From Batkoa obscura (taxonomy: Eukaryota): 64,000 nt of DNA. Below the pieces are notes generated by a model, which was given only the letters and a program-made list of their open reading frames with translations, was not told the DNA's origin and did no database searches. The translations under genes and the position numbers were made by a program. This document shows, piece after piece, positions 51,828 to 62,899 of this stretch (position 1 is its first letter; each line of letters opens with the position of its first letter). The stretch is from contig JASVEC010000021.1 in assembly GCA_030770535.1 (NCBI GenBank), positions 186,001-250,000 of the forward strand, read 5' to 3'.

Positions 51828-53846
51828 TTTAATACTTTTGTTTTTACTTTTGTTTTTATTTTTTTACTTCTAGCTTTCAATTTGTTTATATACCTTTTGA
51901 GCTATTACTTTCGAAGGTATAAGGATATACTTAATAACATGAACAAATGTTGTTCTTTATTAATATGAGTTAATTATTTAATAAGAATAAAATAAACCTA
52001 AATGTTATTGACTTCATGGATCTAGACTTAATCTGTCAACTTTTAACTTTTAATTTATGATTCAAATTCCCATTCCCTAAAGTCAAGGTTCTCACACATA
52101 TACCTTTCATTTAGTTGTTATTGTTTTAAGATTTTGATTGTGATTTTTTTACATTTTTGATATATTTTACACTGAGATGATAGACTTACCGATAAGTTTT
52201 TTACATTACATATTGCGTGGTGTTCCCTTTTGATGCTACTTTACTAAAATATAAGCATTTATTCAATTTCAAAACCATTAGTGAAATTTTACCATAGTTC
52301 CAACTAACATCAATACTAAAAAGCGGAGCAGTTTTTAACTTAAGAAATTCGAGGTGTTCCTATCTGGTCCACCTTTTGATAATAATATGTTCATGATTTA
52401 TAAATCTAATTCTGATTTTAACTTTCTTTTAACCCTTTTATATTTTAACACCATAGTATTGATGATAAATAAGCTTGGTTATTTGTCTCATTTTAATATT
52501 ATCTTGTTTTCAAAGAAATTGTTAATATGAATTTATACAATTTTTATAAGTAATTTACCATATATAAAAATAAATCTTTTACAAACTCTTAATTTCTTGT
52601 TTAAACCTTACAAATTCATATTAATAAAGTTTCTAATTTGTAAACATAGATCACCAAAAAAAGTAGTAAGAACAAAAATCAACATGAATCTAAAATCAGA
52701 AAACTTAATACGATTGAAATTGAATCAAAGTTATGGACTAAAAAATAAGCTCAAAGTTTGAAATAATATTTATTAATATTTGGCATCGCCAAACTGTACT
52801 ATATTGATAATAGCTGGCGTTTATATATGCCTTGTAGTGGAGATTTTAAATAAAAGATCGCCTTTTTTGATAAATATACAACATACTAGATTATATTATT
52901 TTGATTATTTTGACCTGAATGAAAAGCTTTGTTCTATCGAGAAAATTTGATAATATCATTTTCTAATCATATAATTGAACCGTATTGTCGTTCAGTTTAA
53001 TCCAATAAGTTTTGATGTTTTTTTTAAAAAAATAATGCTACAAAATGGCTCAGTAATGTATAAAGTAAATTAAAGTAAAAGATCTTATTTTAGAGATTAA
53101 GGCATTTGATACCCTTCTGTGCTCTAGACCATACTATTTTTATGAATAAGTAAATATAAAAATATTTGATACTAAAGCATCTCATGTTGAGTTAGGTCAC
53201 GTCTATTTCCAAAAGGTTTTTAAGTATCAAAATAATACTATTTAACATTCTATATTATCAAAGTTCTTCAATGGTTATACATTATTTTTTTTAAGTATTT
53301 CTAAATTTACCATAAATATTAGCAGAATAAGATGATGTAGCAGTACTATTTTTTGTACTCTTAATGTCCTTCACTTAATTAGACAATAGTTAATTGTATC
53401 AATAGAGAAATTCAATCAAATATGTTTTATAATACTAAAAACCTATATATTATTAAAGAGTTTCAAGAAACTAGTATAAGTTTTTAAAGTTAGTGCTCTG
53501 AAATATAATCGACCTGGTCTTCATATATATTAATTACTTTATCTACTGTTGATATGGCCTTTATATAATTATTATATGATCTAATCAGATAAATTCTTGA
53601 TAGTATAAAAATTCACTTATATTTAAGTTTATTTCATATATTGTGAAGAAAGTATCATATATGATCTATTGAGGAACTATAAAATGAATATAAGTATATA
53701 ATAATCTAAACACATTTTTTTATAACCCCAGTTAATATTAAACGTTAAAATTAATAAATTCAACTTAATTTTTATAAAAGAATGATTTTTTACCTTGCTA
53801 TTTTGTCCAATTTTTGTACAGTATAAAATTTAAAGATAATAAAACG

Positions 53847-53940
53847 AGGATGCCTTTTTATCTATATTTACTAGCATTTCTTCCACTTAATAGTACTTGA
53901 AAGATCGAAAAAGTGATGAAACCAAAAAACTTACTAAATA
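53847..53940. mobile_element. MITE, degraded copy (orientation A)
   Basis: TTCCACTTAATAGTACTTGAAAGAT..AAAAAGTGATGAAACCAAAAAAC core. Confidence 0.6.
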
Positions 53941-54230
53941 TAAGGCCATAAAAAGTTTCCATAGTCTAAAATAAATGACTCGAAAAATAGTTATAAAATA
54001 AAAACTATATTAATAAATATATCCTTTTTCTTTCATTTGAATATGGTTGTATCTATTTACTTTTTTTAATTTTAAAAACTTGATTTTTATTGAGAGTTTC
54101 AAATCCAAAATATTTTATTAAGTTACAAACATTAAACCCTGGGACCTTCATAAAATATCAAACCCTATAAGATAATAACTCTGGCCTGTTTATTTGTTAT
54201 GGTATCCTTAGTTTTTTGTTTTGTTTGATA

Positions 54231-54418
54231 AAAGATGGGAAAAGTAATGAAGCCAAAAAAACAACTTCATACTTTAAAATATAGGTGAACCTGTTTTTTA
54301 TTAATTTTGAATTTCTAATAGCTGAAAAAATAGATGCATTTATTAAAAAATTTTAAATTTAAGCACTATTTGAGTGGAGAATTTGTTGGTAAAATTCTTA
54401 AACATAAAATACATCCCC
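54231..54418. mobile_element. Two partial MITE fragments (about 54231-54268 and 54358-54418)
   Basis: Family 3' halves: AAAGTAATGAAGCCAAAAAAAC and TAAGCACTATTTGAGTGGA...ACATCCCC-ATAT. Confidence 0.65.
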
Positions 54419-54789
54419 ATATTTTATATCATAAGAGCAAGTCTTTTAACATTATAGATTTGCATGCATATATTGATTTTATAGGGTTTTTATATCCACT
54501 ATATGGGGCTGTCCTAATTGGTTTCAGAATTTACTTAGAAATTAATCGAAATTTTAAAATTTTAAATTTGTGTCTAATATAACGGTTAAATCTAAAAAGC
54601 CTAAAGTTAAATCTCTCTATTTAAAACTTATTTTAATTGTTTCCTTTTCTTAAATAGCTAATTTTCCTAACTATATGTTTTATGTTAGTTCTGTTAGATA
54701 TTTAACAGATATATAATATATAACTATATGATTATATAATTATATAAATACAGTTATTTGACTTTATTTTTTGTTGAAATAAAAATAAA

Positions 54790-55083
54790 ATGCAAACTTT
54801 CATAACTAAACTTCGAAATGGAATTTTTGAAAATTTCAATACGATAGAGAGGAGTACACAATATAAACATTGTAATTCATTTACATCAATTTTAAGAGCT
54901 ACTTATAACAACCCAAGGTTTATGGAATTTTATAATAAAACAAAACAAAGAAAAGATATATTATCAAAGTCTACTATCGATAGTAATAAACTTAATCAAG
55001 CAATGTATAAAATTAGTGCTTTGAGGGAAACAGGAAATAAAAATCAACAAGTAGCGTTATTGTCAACTATAGCTTCAGTATAT
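54790..55083 (+). pseudogene. Truncated ORF of unknown function interrupted by a MITE; possible transposase 5' fragment
   Basis: About 98 open codons with good ATG context; reading frame runs into the MITE at 55084. Confidence 0.35.
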
Positions 55084-55180
55084 GGGGATGTATTTTTGTG
55101 TTTAAGAATTTTACTAACAAATTTTCCGCTCAAATAGCGCTTAAAAAATAGAAAAAACAATGAAGTCAAAAAACATTGCC
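55084..55180. mobile_element. MITE copy (orientation A)
   Basis: ATAT-GGGGATGTATTTTTGTGTTTAAGAATTTTACTAACAAATTTTCCGCTCAAATAGCGCTTAA..., near consensus. Confidence 0.9.
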
Positions 55181-56181
55181 AGATACTGATTAATAATATG
55201 ATTATTATTGTGTTTAATGTGAAATATCGCTTTGTTAGTCCCGTGGCTAATTATAGCATAACAGTCGCCTAAGCTGTTGTGTTCTCGAGTTCAGAGAAAA
55301 TCAATCCCATGTTCTTATTTTGATTTGCTATGAGAATTTCTAGCTCCATCCAAAAGAATATTATCTTCTCATTTTAATATTTATACTTTTCAGAGTATAA
55401 AAAAGTTTACAGAGTATAGTAGTTCGAGGCTTTTTAACTGAAGTATTCTTTGATATATCGAACATTTAATAAAGCCACTAAGTTTTCTTAATAGTATTTT
55501 ACGTAGATTTTTACATTAGTATTGTCTATTCCATCTGTCTCATATAGCTTGTAACCTATTACGCGCTATTCTTCATAATCCAAGTCTATCTTAGTCACAT
55601 GAACTAAGACCTTTCAACCTATAGTGTAGTCAACCCAGCAATAGCTGTTCTTGACTACAAACCCTGAGTACCAGATTTCACATTAATGAAATATAAATAC
55701 TTTTTAGTACCTTATATCTTTATTATTTCTATATTTTTATATTTTTCGTATTTTTCATATTTTTCAAAAATTATATTTATTTTATTATATTCATAAAGAA
55801 TAATCCCAAATCCTGAAATTAATTGATAATGTTTTTTATCTTACCTAACATTTTAGAACTATTTTCCTATTATAAGATTTTTTTAAAATGTTTATCAACT
55901 ACACTTTTTTTATAATGTTAGTTTGAATTAATTTTCAAAATTTGAAACTAGTTTGGATATCCTTATATAATTAAAAGTCCATCTTTTTAAATTACAAAAT
56001 TCCAATGTTTGATATCATAATCAAAAGAGAATGTTACAACTCAAAATCATAGTGAATAAAACGTATTGGATATAATCAGTTGTTTTTGATTTTCAAAGCA
56101 TTTGCCCTCATGTTTGGGAAATTATAGTATTTTTATAAAGGTTTTTTGTGACTCTATACTAAAATAAAAAATGTATTATAT

Positions 56182-56279
56182 GTGGATGTTTTTTTGACTT
56201 CATTACTTTTCCCATTCTTTAAGCACTATTTGAGCGGAAATTCTATTAGCAAAATTCTTAAACATAAAAGTACATCCCC
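56182..56279. mobile_element. MITE full copy (orientation B)
   Basis: ATAT-GTGGATGT...ACATCCCC-ATAT. Confidence 0.88.
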
Positions 56280-56316
56280 ATATAGTTTTTAATTTAAAAA
56301 ATTATTATAAATATAT

Positions 56317-56413
56317 AGGAATGTATATTTTGTTTAAGAATTTTACCAACAATCTTTCCGCTCAAATAGCCTCTAAAAAATGGAAAAAGTAATGAAATCA
56401 AAAAAAAATCCCC
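56317..56413. mobile_element. MITE full copy (orientation A)
   Basis: ATAT-AGGAATGT...AATCCCC-ATAT. Confidence 0.88.
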
Positions 56414-58687
56414 ATATATAAATAAATTAAAGCTCTATTAATCATCGATAAAACTTAAAGTATTATGGGCAATATTTCTAAAAGAACGAAAATAATCATA
56501 TACCTTTAAATTTAATAATGATACCATTTTTTTTTAAAAACAACAAGCTTATTTTTTATTTTTAATTTAGAAATTTAGAAATGTAGTCATAACTTGTCTG
56601 TTTTACACTTCCCTTCCTCCTCCTTACTTGCAGTCGACTTATTGTTTAATTTGCCTACATCCATATTTTATTCTAATAACAAACCATTTGGTAGTTTGTT
56701 CCTTCAAAGTTTTTTAACAATAATTGAAATGCCAAGCTATCAAAAGTATTAATTTTTTTAAAATAATTTTTTTGTCTATATCCTATGCAACTTAAACTTG
56801 GGAAGAGCTGATAAAAATTATGGAATCAAAAAAGACATTCTCACGTGAGGAAAATATACTTTATATTTTCTGGCTGGTTAGCACTTTACAAATAAGATTA
56901 AATGTCTTTAAATTAACATATACAACGTTGAATCTAAAACTGAGATATCTGATAGATCTATTTGAAATACTCATATCAACAATTAAATGAACCAATTTGA
57001 ATAAGTCTTTATCCTTTTTAAACTGTTTACCCTATTCCAAATAGCTTTTATCCGCTATCTAAAACTAATTTTTTAATTCAATTCAATTCAATCCAATCCT
57101 TTTGAGGGGTTGCATCTAAAAACAGTAATAATCTTCGAAATTTTTTAAATTTGACTCTCCGACTTAGTCATTTGATATACAATATCTATGCTTATTATTT
57201 CTGGGCTCATTTTGTTTTCCTGTTCTTTTTTGCATTCCGCTATGGTATGGGTAAATTAATAGCTTACTTTATTAACCGAGAATAGTGATACATTTTTAAA
57301 AAATATTAGCCTTTTCTAAATATGGAAGGTTCGAAAAACAATACTATTAAAGTATACGGATTGGAGAGTATATGCGTACTTTAATTAATATATATCTAGA
57401 TTATTAGTATTAGAATACTCATTTCTATACTTGAAAGGCGGTGCCATAATAAATAAAATAGGAAAGTAAAACGTTTATTGGGATAGTTTCTTACTATTTG
57501 CTCAGCTGTAAAAACTCGGTTAATTAAAAGTTTGATAAAGTTCTCCAACTTTTCCTAAAATGTTCGCATTTTGTATATTTAAAAAATAGACCAACTTAAC
57601 TAATTTCATTAAATAATTCTGCGATACTAATTTTTCTTTTATAAACCAAAATGGATTCATATATATATGTAGGATTTTTGGCGTTTTCAAATAGATACAA
57701 GTATACTAAACCAGAATTATTTAAACAGAATATTAAATCAATTACTAGTTTAGTTTTCATAGTCTTGCTTTTGTCTTACTTTTGTCTTACTTTGCTAATT
57801 TTCAGAGAATGAAATGAAAATGCTATATAGAAAATGTTAAGAGTATTGCATAAGCTGGTATTTAGTTGCGAAGTGACGCTTTGATTTAGTATTTACATAT
57901 TGTATAGAGTTATCAATCAAAAATGAAAGGATACATATTTGACAAATAAATATTTGAGGGAATCAATAATCTATTAGGATTTTATGAAGAGTGAAAATAT
58001 CTATTCTTCTTCTTGTATAAACACATAACGTCTTATGAAAAGTCAAACCACTAAAAACCAAGGCCTTAAAAAAATTGATAAAGATCATGTGGTAAAAGTA
58101 ATAAGATAGCCGTCGCAATTTCAACAACATCTCTCAAAAGAGTTTATAGCTTTATGAACCTTGAAATGATTGAAATGATAAAAATGATAAAAATGATAGA
58201 AATAATCTTACTAAATAATCTTTTTTGAAAACGGTTGCCCTTTTTTAGCTATATTACTGCTAGTATACGATTAAGAAAATTACCCGAACGTAATTTATGG
58301 GTTTAAACGTAAATTTTTTAGAATTAGGCAGAATATTCATTTATATCACTAAATAGCAGGTACAGCATAAGTATAATGCTGAATTGAATAACATATTCAT
58401 AATCATGTTATCAAAACATGATGGGTTAAATTAAAAGTAATAAGAGCGAGGCTTTGGGTTATTAAGATAGAAAGTTAAATATTAATACATGAAAATTAAT
58501 AAATTACCAATGATCAAGTTTACTTTATGCCTATTAAATAATTAACTCATATTAATAAAGAACAACATTTGTTCATGTTATTAAGTATATCCTTATACCT
58601 TCGAAAGTAATAGCTCAAAAGGTATATAAACAAATTGAAAGCTAGAAGTAAAAAAATAAAAACAAAAGTAAAAACAAAAGTATTAAA

Positions 58688-60461
58688 ATGATTTTATACC
58701 TTTTAACAACATTCTTCTTATATTACATCTCACAAGTAAAATAATCGTATATAATAAGAATATAAGGATGATATTAAAATTACCTTTATAGATCGTTTAT
58801 CAATTATTTTTCAGTAAATTGAAAGATATACCTGGACCATTGATTTCAGTCCTATTTCCTGGTTACTTTTTTATATTAAGGGTTTTGGGAGTTATGCCAT
58901 TTATAGTCAATCAATATCATGAGTTGTATGGTCCTGTTATCAGAATAGGTAATATAGTAGCAATATAATAACTAATATAATAACTAATACTTATTATAAT
59001 AGGATGGAATATGGTATTGTTTAGTGACGAGAAAGACGTCAACGAAATTTATAAAAACTATAAATTTAGCAAAAGCGAATTGTATGCAGTATTTGATCCA
59101 TTAGGAAATACAGTGTTTAACTGCCGTGATAAAGCATTCCACTTAAAAAGAGTATATTTATATTCCATAAACTAAACTAAATACTAACAATGGTAATAAC
59201 AATATAGAAGAGAATATTATTAAAATACCTTAATAATCATTCAATGAAACATATGGAAGAAATAGTTGATAAAAAAATAGCAAAAATAATAACAAAAATA
59301 CAAAATAATGATTCTAAAAACGAACTCAATCTAATTAAGTATCTTGAACTTATTGCTTTAGATATTATTTATGAATTATCATTTGGCTGTGATTTTAATT
59401 TAATTGAATCTGAAAAATATCACTACTTGATTAACTTGATTAATGAAAATCATAATAAATTAATGATTTCCAATATTCTACCTAGTTTTGTTAAACCATA
59501 CTACGATACTAAATCAAAATTGTTATTAAAAGTAAGTAATAACTATAACTTATAACAATAATAACAATAATTAAATATCATTATAGACTGCTTCAGAAAT
59601 TATTGACATTTCATTAAATAGCAATAAGAATTCAGATAGCTTACTAAATTATATGATAAAGTGTAATCAAGATGGCTTAATTAGTAAACAAGATATTGTT
59701 TCAGAAGCATTAACTCAAATGTAATAATTATTCTATAATAGATAACAATAATATAACTAATATGTTCTTTAGTATGGCAGGAAGCGGTACAACTATAAAT
59801 ACATTAATATGGATATTCTATTTAATATTAAAAAATGATAAAGTATACACTAAATTAAAACAAGAAATAAACAACAATGAAAACGATAATAATAATTATA
59901 GTTCAATCAAAACAAATCATCCTTATTTATCTGCAGTTATTTATGAATCAATGAGATTGTATCCAGCTGCTGGTGGTGTTCCTGAAAGAGTAGTTAATGA
60001 TGATAATGTACATATAAATAACATATATCTACCCAAAGGAGTAAATATTTATTATTTTTATTTACTATTTTTATTAATATTATTTATTGTAGACAATAAT
60101 TGGCTGTAATATTTATTCATTGCATAATTTAAGTTCAAAGTGGGAAAATAGCAATGAATTTTTACCTGAAAGGTGGTTAGTTAATAATGAATTTGAATGT
60201 AACAATCCCAATTTTTTACCTTTCTTGAAAGGTCCAAGAGTTTGTATTGGCAAAAAGTAAATACATCATAGTTTGCAATAATTATAATATTAATTAATAT
60301 TTTTTAGTTTGGCAATGATGGAACTTTATTTAATTATATATCACTTATTAAAACATTTTCCAATGGAATTGAGCGATAAAGATCTAGTTTTATCACCTAG
60401 ATTTGTTGTTTTAATGGCTCCACATATTAATAATTTAAATATAAACATGAAAGATTTCTAA
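58688..60461 (+). CDS. Cytochrome P450 (8 exons), copy 2
   Basis: All eight exons splice in frame by eye; heme motif FLKGPRVCIG, ExxR, PERW; stop at 60459-60461. Confidence 0.9.
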
Positions 60462-60564
60462 ACAAAATCATAAATAAAAATAAATTTTAATATCATTATA
60501 ATTATTTTATTATATATAGTCAATATATATATTATAAGATTATTAAAAAACTATATTTAATACT

Positions 60565-61365
60565 TTAATACTTTAATACTTTACAACTAGCATTAAACTG
60601 TGCTTTGGCCTTTTCAGTAGAAAGTTTGCTTTGAATCTTTTCGTAATTCTTTTTGTCTTCAACATATACATCAATATGATCGCCTCCAAAAGACCAAGAT
60701 TTATCAATGATTTTAAAACATCCGTTATGTTTCTTACCATTTGGCAATACTAAATTAGCAAATTCACTAATAAACACATTGGAACCGACTTTATGATCAT
60801 TAACTGCTACAGATGAGTAAATCTCCAATAGATCCCCTTTACTTCCAACTGGTTTACTTTTAAAGAAACAATTACACCCACCATCTCCGCAATTGATATA
60901 TGTGCCATCCCTTAATTTTCCACTTCCTTCCATATGAACTTGATCCCAATATTCTCGTGATACTCTTGCTAACACACCTCCATCACAATTCTTGATAGCG
61001 ACTTCACTGCCTAACTTATAATCTTTTTCATTGGTAACCCAATAATAAGTAAGCTTTACGGTTTGTCCTTTACCGCTGCCTTTAACAGCATTTATCTCAA
61101 CTTCATCAGATTCATTCTCAGAGTCCTCTGATTCTTCTGATTCTTTCTTGCCCTTCTTTTTTTTGGATTTTGGTTTTTTGATGCTTTTTTCTTCATTTTC
61201 CTCTTCATCCTCACCACCCATCGATCTACGATAGATGATTGGAGAGTCAGCATTATGGGCCTTGCTTAATGAATGTTGATTATCATTTGGTAAAGTAGCT
61301 GCAAGAGCTGGAGCAACAAATAAACCAGTAAGAGCTAAGCTATAAAGAAATTGTCCAAATTTCAT
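60565..61365 (-). CDS. Secreted 3D-domain protein, long form, identical to 49150-49950
   Basis: Identical 266-aa translation in the ORF track. Confidence 0.75.
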   Translation of the reverse strand: MKFGQFLYSLALTGLFVAPALAATLPNDNQHSLSKAHNADSPIIYRRSMGGEDEEENEEKSIKKPKSKKKKGKKESEESEDSENESDEVEINAVKGSGKGQTVKLTYYWVTNEKDYKLGSEVAIKNCDGGVLARVSREYWDQVHMEGSGKLRDGTYINCGDGGCNCFFKSKPVGSKGDLLEIYSSVAVNDHKVGSNVFISEFANLVLPNGKKHNGCFKIIDKSWSFGGDHIDVYVEDKKNYEKIQSKLSTEKAKAQFNASCKVLKY

Positions 61366-62045
61366 AGTAAAGTATTGAAAGAGTTAAAGTAAATAATTGA
61401 TAATGTTATCTATTCAAGTTATGTCTATTTATACCTTTTTATATTTGTTTTGTTCTAACCTGATTTTTTTGTATATTCCTTTATTTATTTTTATCATTTT
61501 ATTGCCTTCCCTTTTTTAATAGATATTTACCTTTTATATTTTAATCAATGAATTTTCTCAAGGTAATGAGCCAAACATGAATTTAATAAATTAAATTTCA
61601 TTACCAAATTAAGGGATAGTCAATCACTTTAGAATTTTCTAAATAATAAAAATCAAAATTTAAAAGATTGAGGCTATTTAGTTATAAATTTATTACATTT
61701 AAAAATGATATATCTATGTTATGAATTACAATATATTCGTTTAAGTATAAGTTTAACTGTATATTAATTCTAAATTAATATGCTCTTAGAATTTATAAAA
61801 CTTATTATTTTGAAACTTAATTTTTATATAACTATAAGTTATGAGATTCTTGAGAAAATACCTATATAACTTTAAAAGCTTTTGTTGGCTCCATGTTATT
61901 ATAAGAAAATCTACTAGTTAGCTGTATAGATCAATTTGATTTATTTTTGTATTGATTTAAATTGCTAAAACGTAAATTTTTATTCAGATTATTATAATGA
62001 TTTTAATGGAGTATTTTTAACTATTGCATGTTTTTTATAATATAT

Positions 62046-62137
62046 GGGGATGTATTTTTGTGTAAGAATTTTGCTAATTTTTCCGCTCAAATAGCGCTTA
62101 AAAGATACAAAAAGTAATGAAGCTAAAAAACACCCTC
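62046..62137. mobile_element. MITE copy (orientation A)
   Basis: ATAT-GGGGATGT...ACACCCTC-ATAT. Confidence 0.88.
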
Positions 62138-62899
62138 ATATCGTATTTTAAATCATAACTATCTTTTGTAACATAGCTATTCAAATTTAAAACATTGTCA
62201 ATAATTTGAAACATATCATATATTGATATAATCAATACCCTATTATATTTCTTATTAAAAAATCCAATAAAAGTCACTAATTGCAACGTTAATTTAAGCA
62301 AAACCATACACTGTTGTAACCTTTTCCTTTATATATTTGGTTTTACACAAAAAAAGTTCTACTTAATACTATATAAAATTTTAGCTAGAACCTCCATATT
62401 TTTACTAATAAACTAAATCTGCCTAGGGAGATATTTATAAGACAAATAATAATGAGATATTTTTAACCACATAGAGATTGGCTATGGATATCAGTATTTG
62501 AAAATGCTTGCCAAAAAAAGTGATTTAACCTCTATAAACATTAAGTATGTTTAAATAGATGCTAATGACTGAAATCAAAACTATTAACGTTTTCAGTAAA
62601 TATTTGATAAAATTACTTTGTCTTTTATTCACAAAGCTGTGAAACTTACTTTCATAATATAGTCATACTTTATATTAAATATATTTAAAATGTTGGATTA
62701 GGATTTATCATGAAGCAACCTATTTACTATTTTAACATGTTAAAATATAAGAAGCATATAACAGCTTCTCGTACTTCTTTGAGTTTAATGACAATGAGTA
62801 ATTTTAAATTTGAGAGTCTCGAAAAGATGTTTAATTGAAGATATAATGTATCATCCATTAAACAAAGAAAAAGTCAATCTGACTTTATACTGCAAAGAA

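Larger units (their letters stand above)
48631..51983 (+). repeat. Left arm of 3.35-kb inverted repeat
   Basis: Reverse complement of 58532-61884; ORF coordinates mirror with constant sum 110515; two mismatches seen at the outer edge. Confidence 0.95.
58532..61884 (-). repeat. Right arm of 3.35-kb inverted repeat
   Basis: Reverse complement of 48631-51983. Confidence 0.95.

Noticed and set aside
57150..57255. Minus-strand HTIAECK resembling half a Gag zinc knuckle
   Set aside because: The first CxxC half is absent and there is no supporting ORF.
48631..61884. Giant TIR transposon or recombinase-driven invertible cassette
   Set aside because: No target-site duplication at the outer ends, no intact transposase or recombinase in the spacer, and the arms consist of host genes.
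12548..62307. Small ORFs sharing KFLNTKIHPH-like text (12548, 39088, 42877, 43290, 54334, 62098) as a peptide family
   Set aside because: The similarity comes from translating MITE copies.
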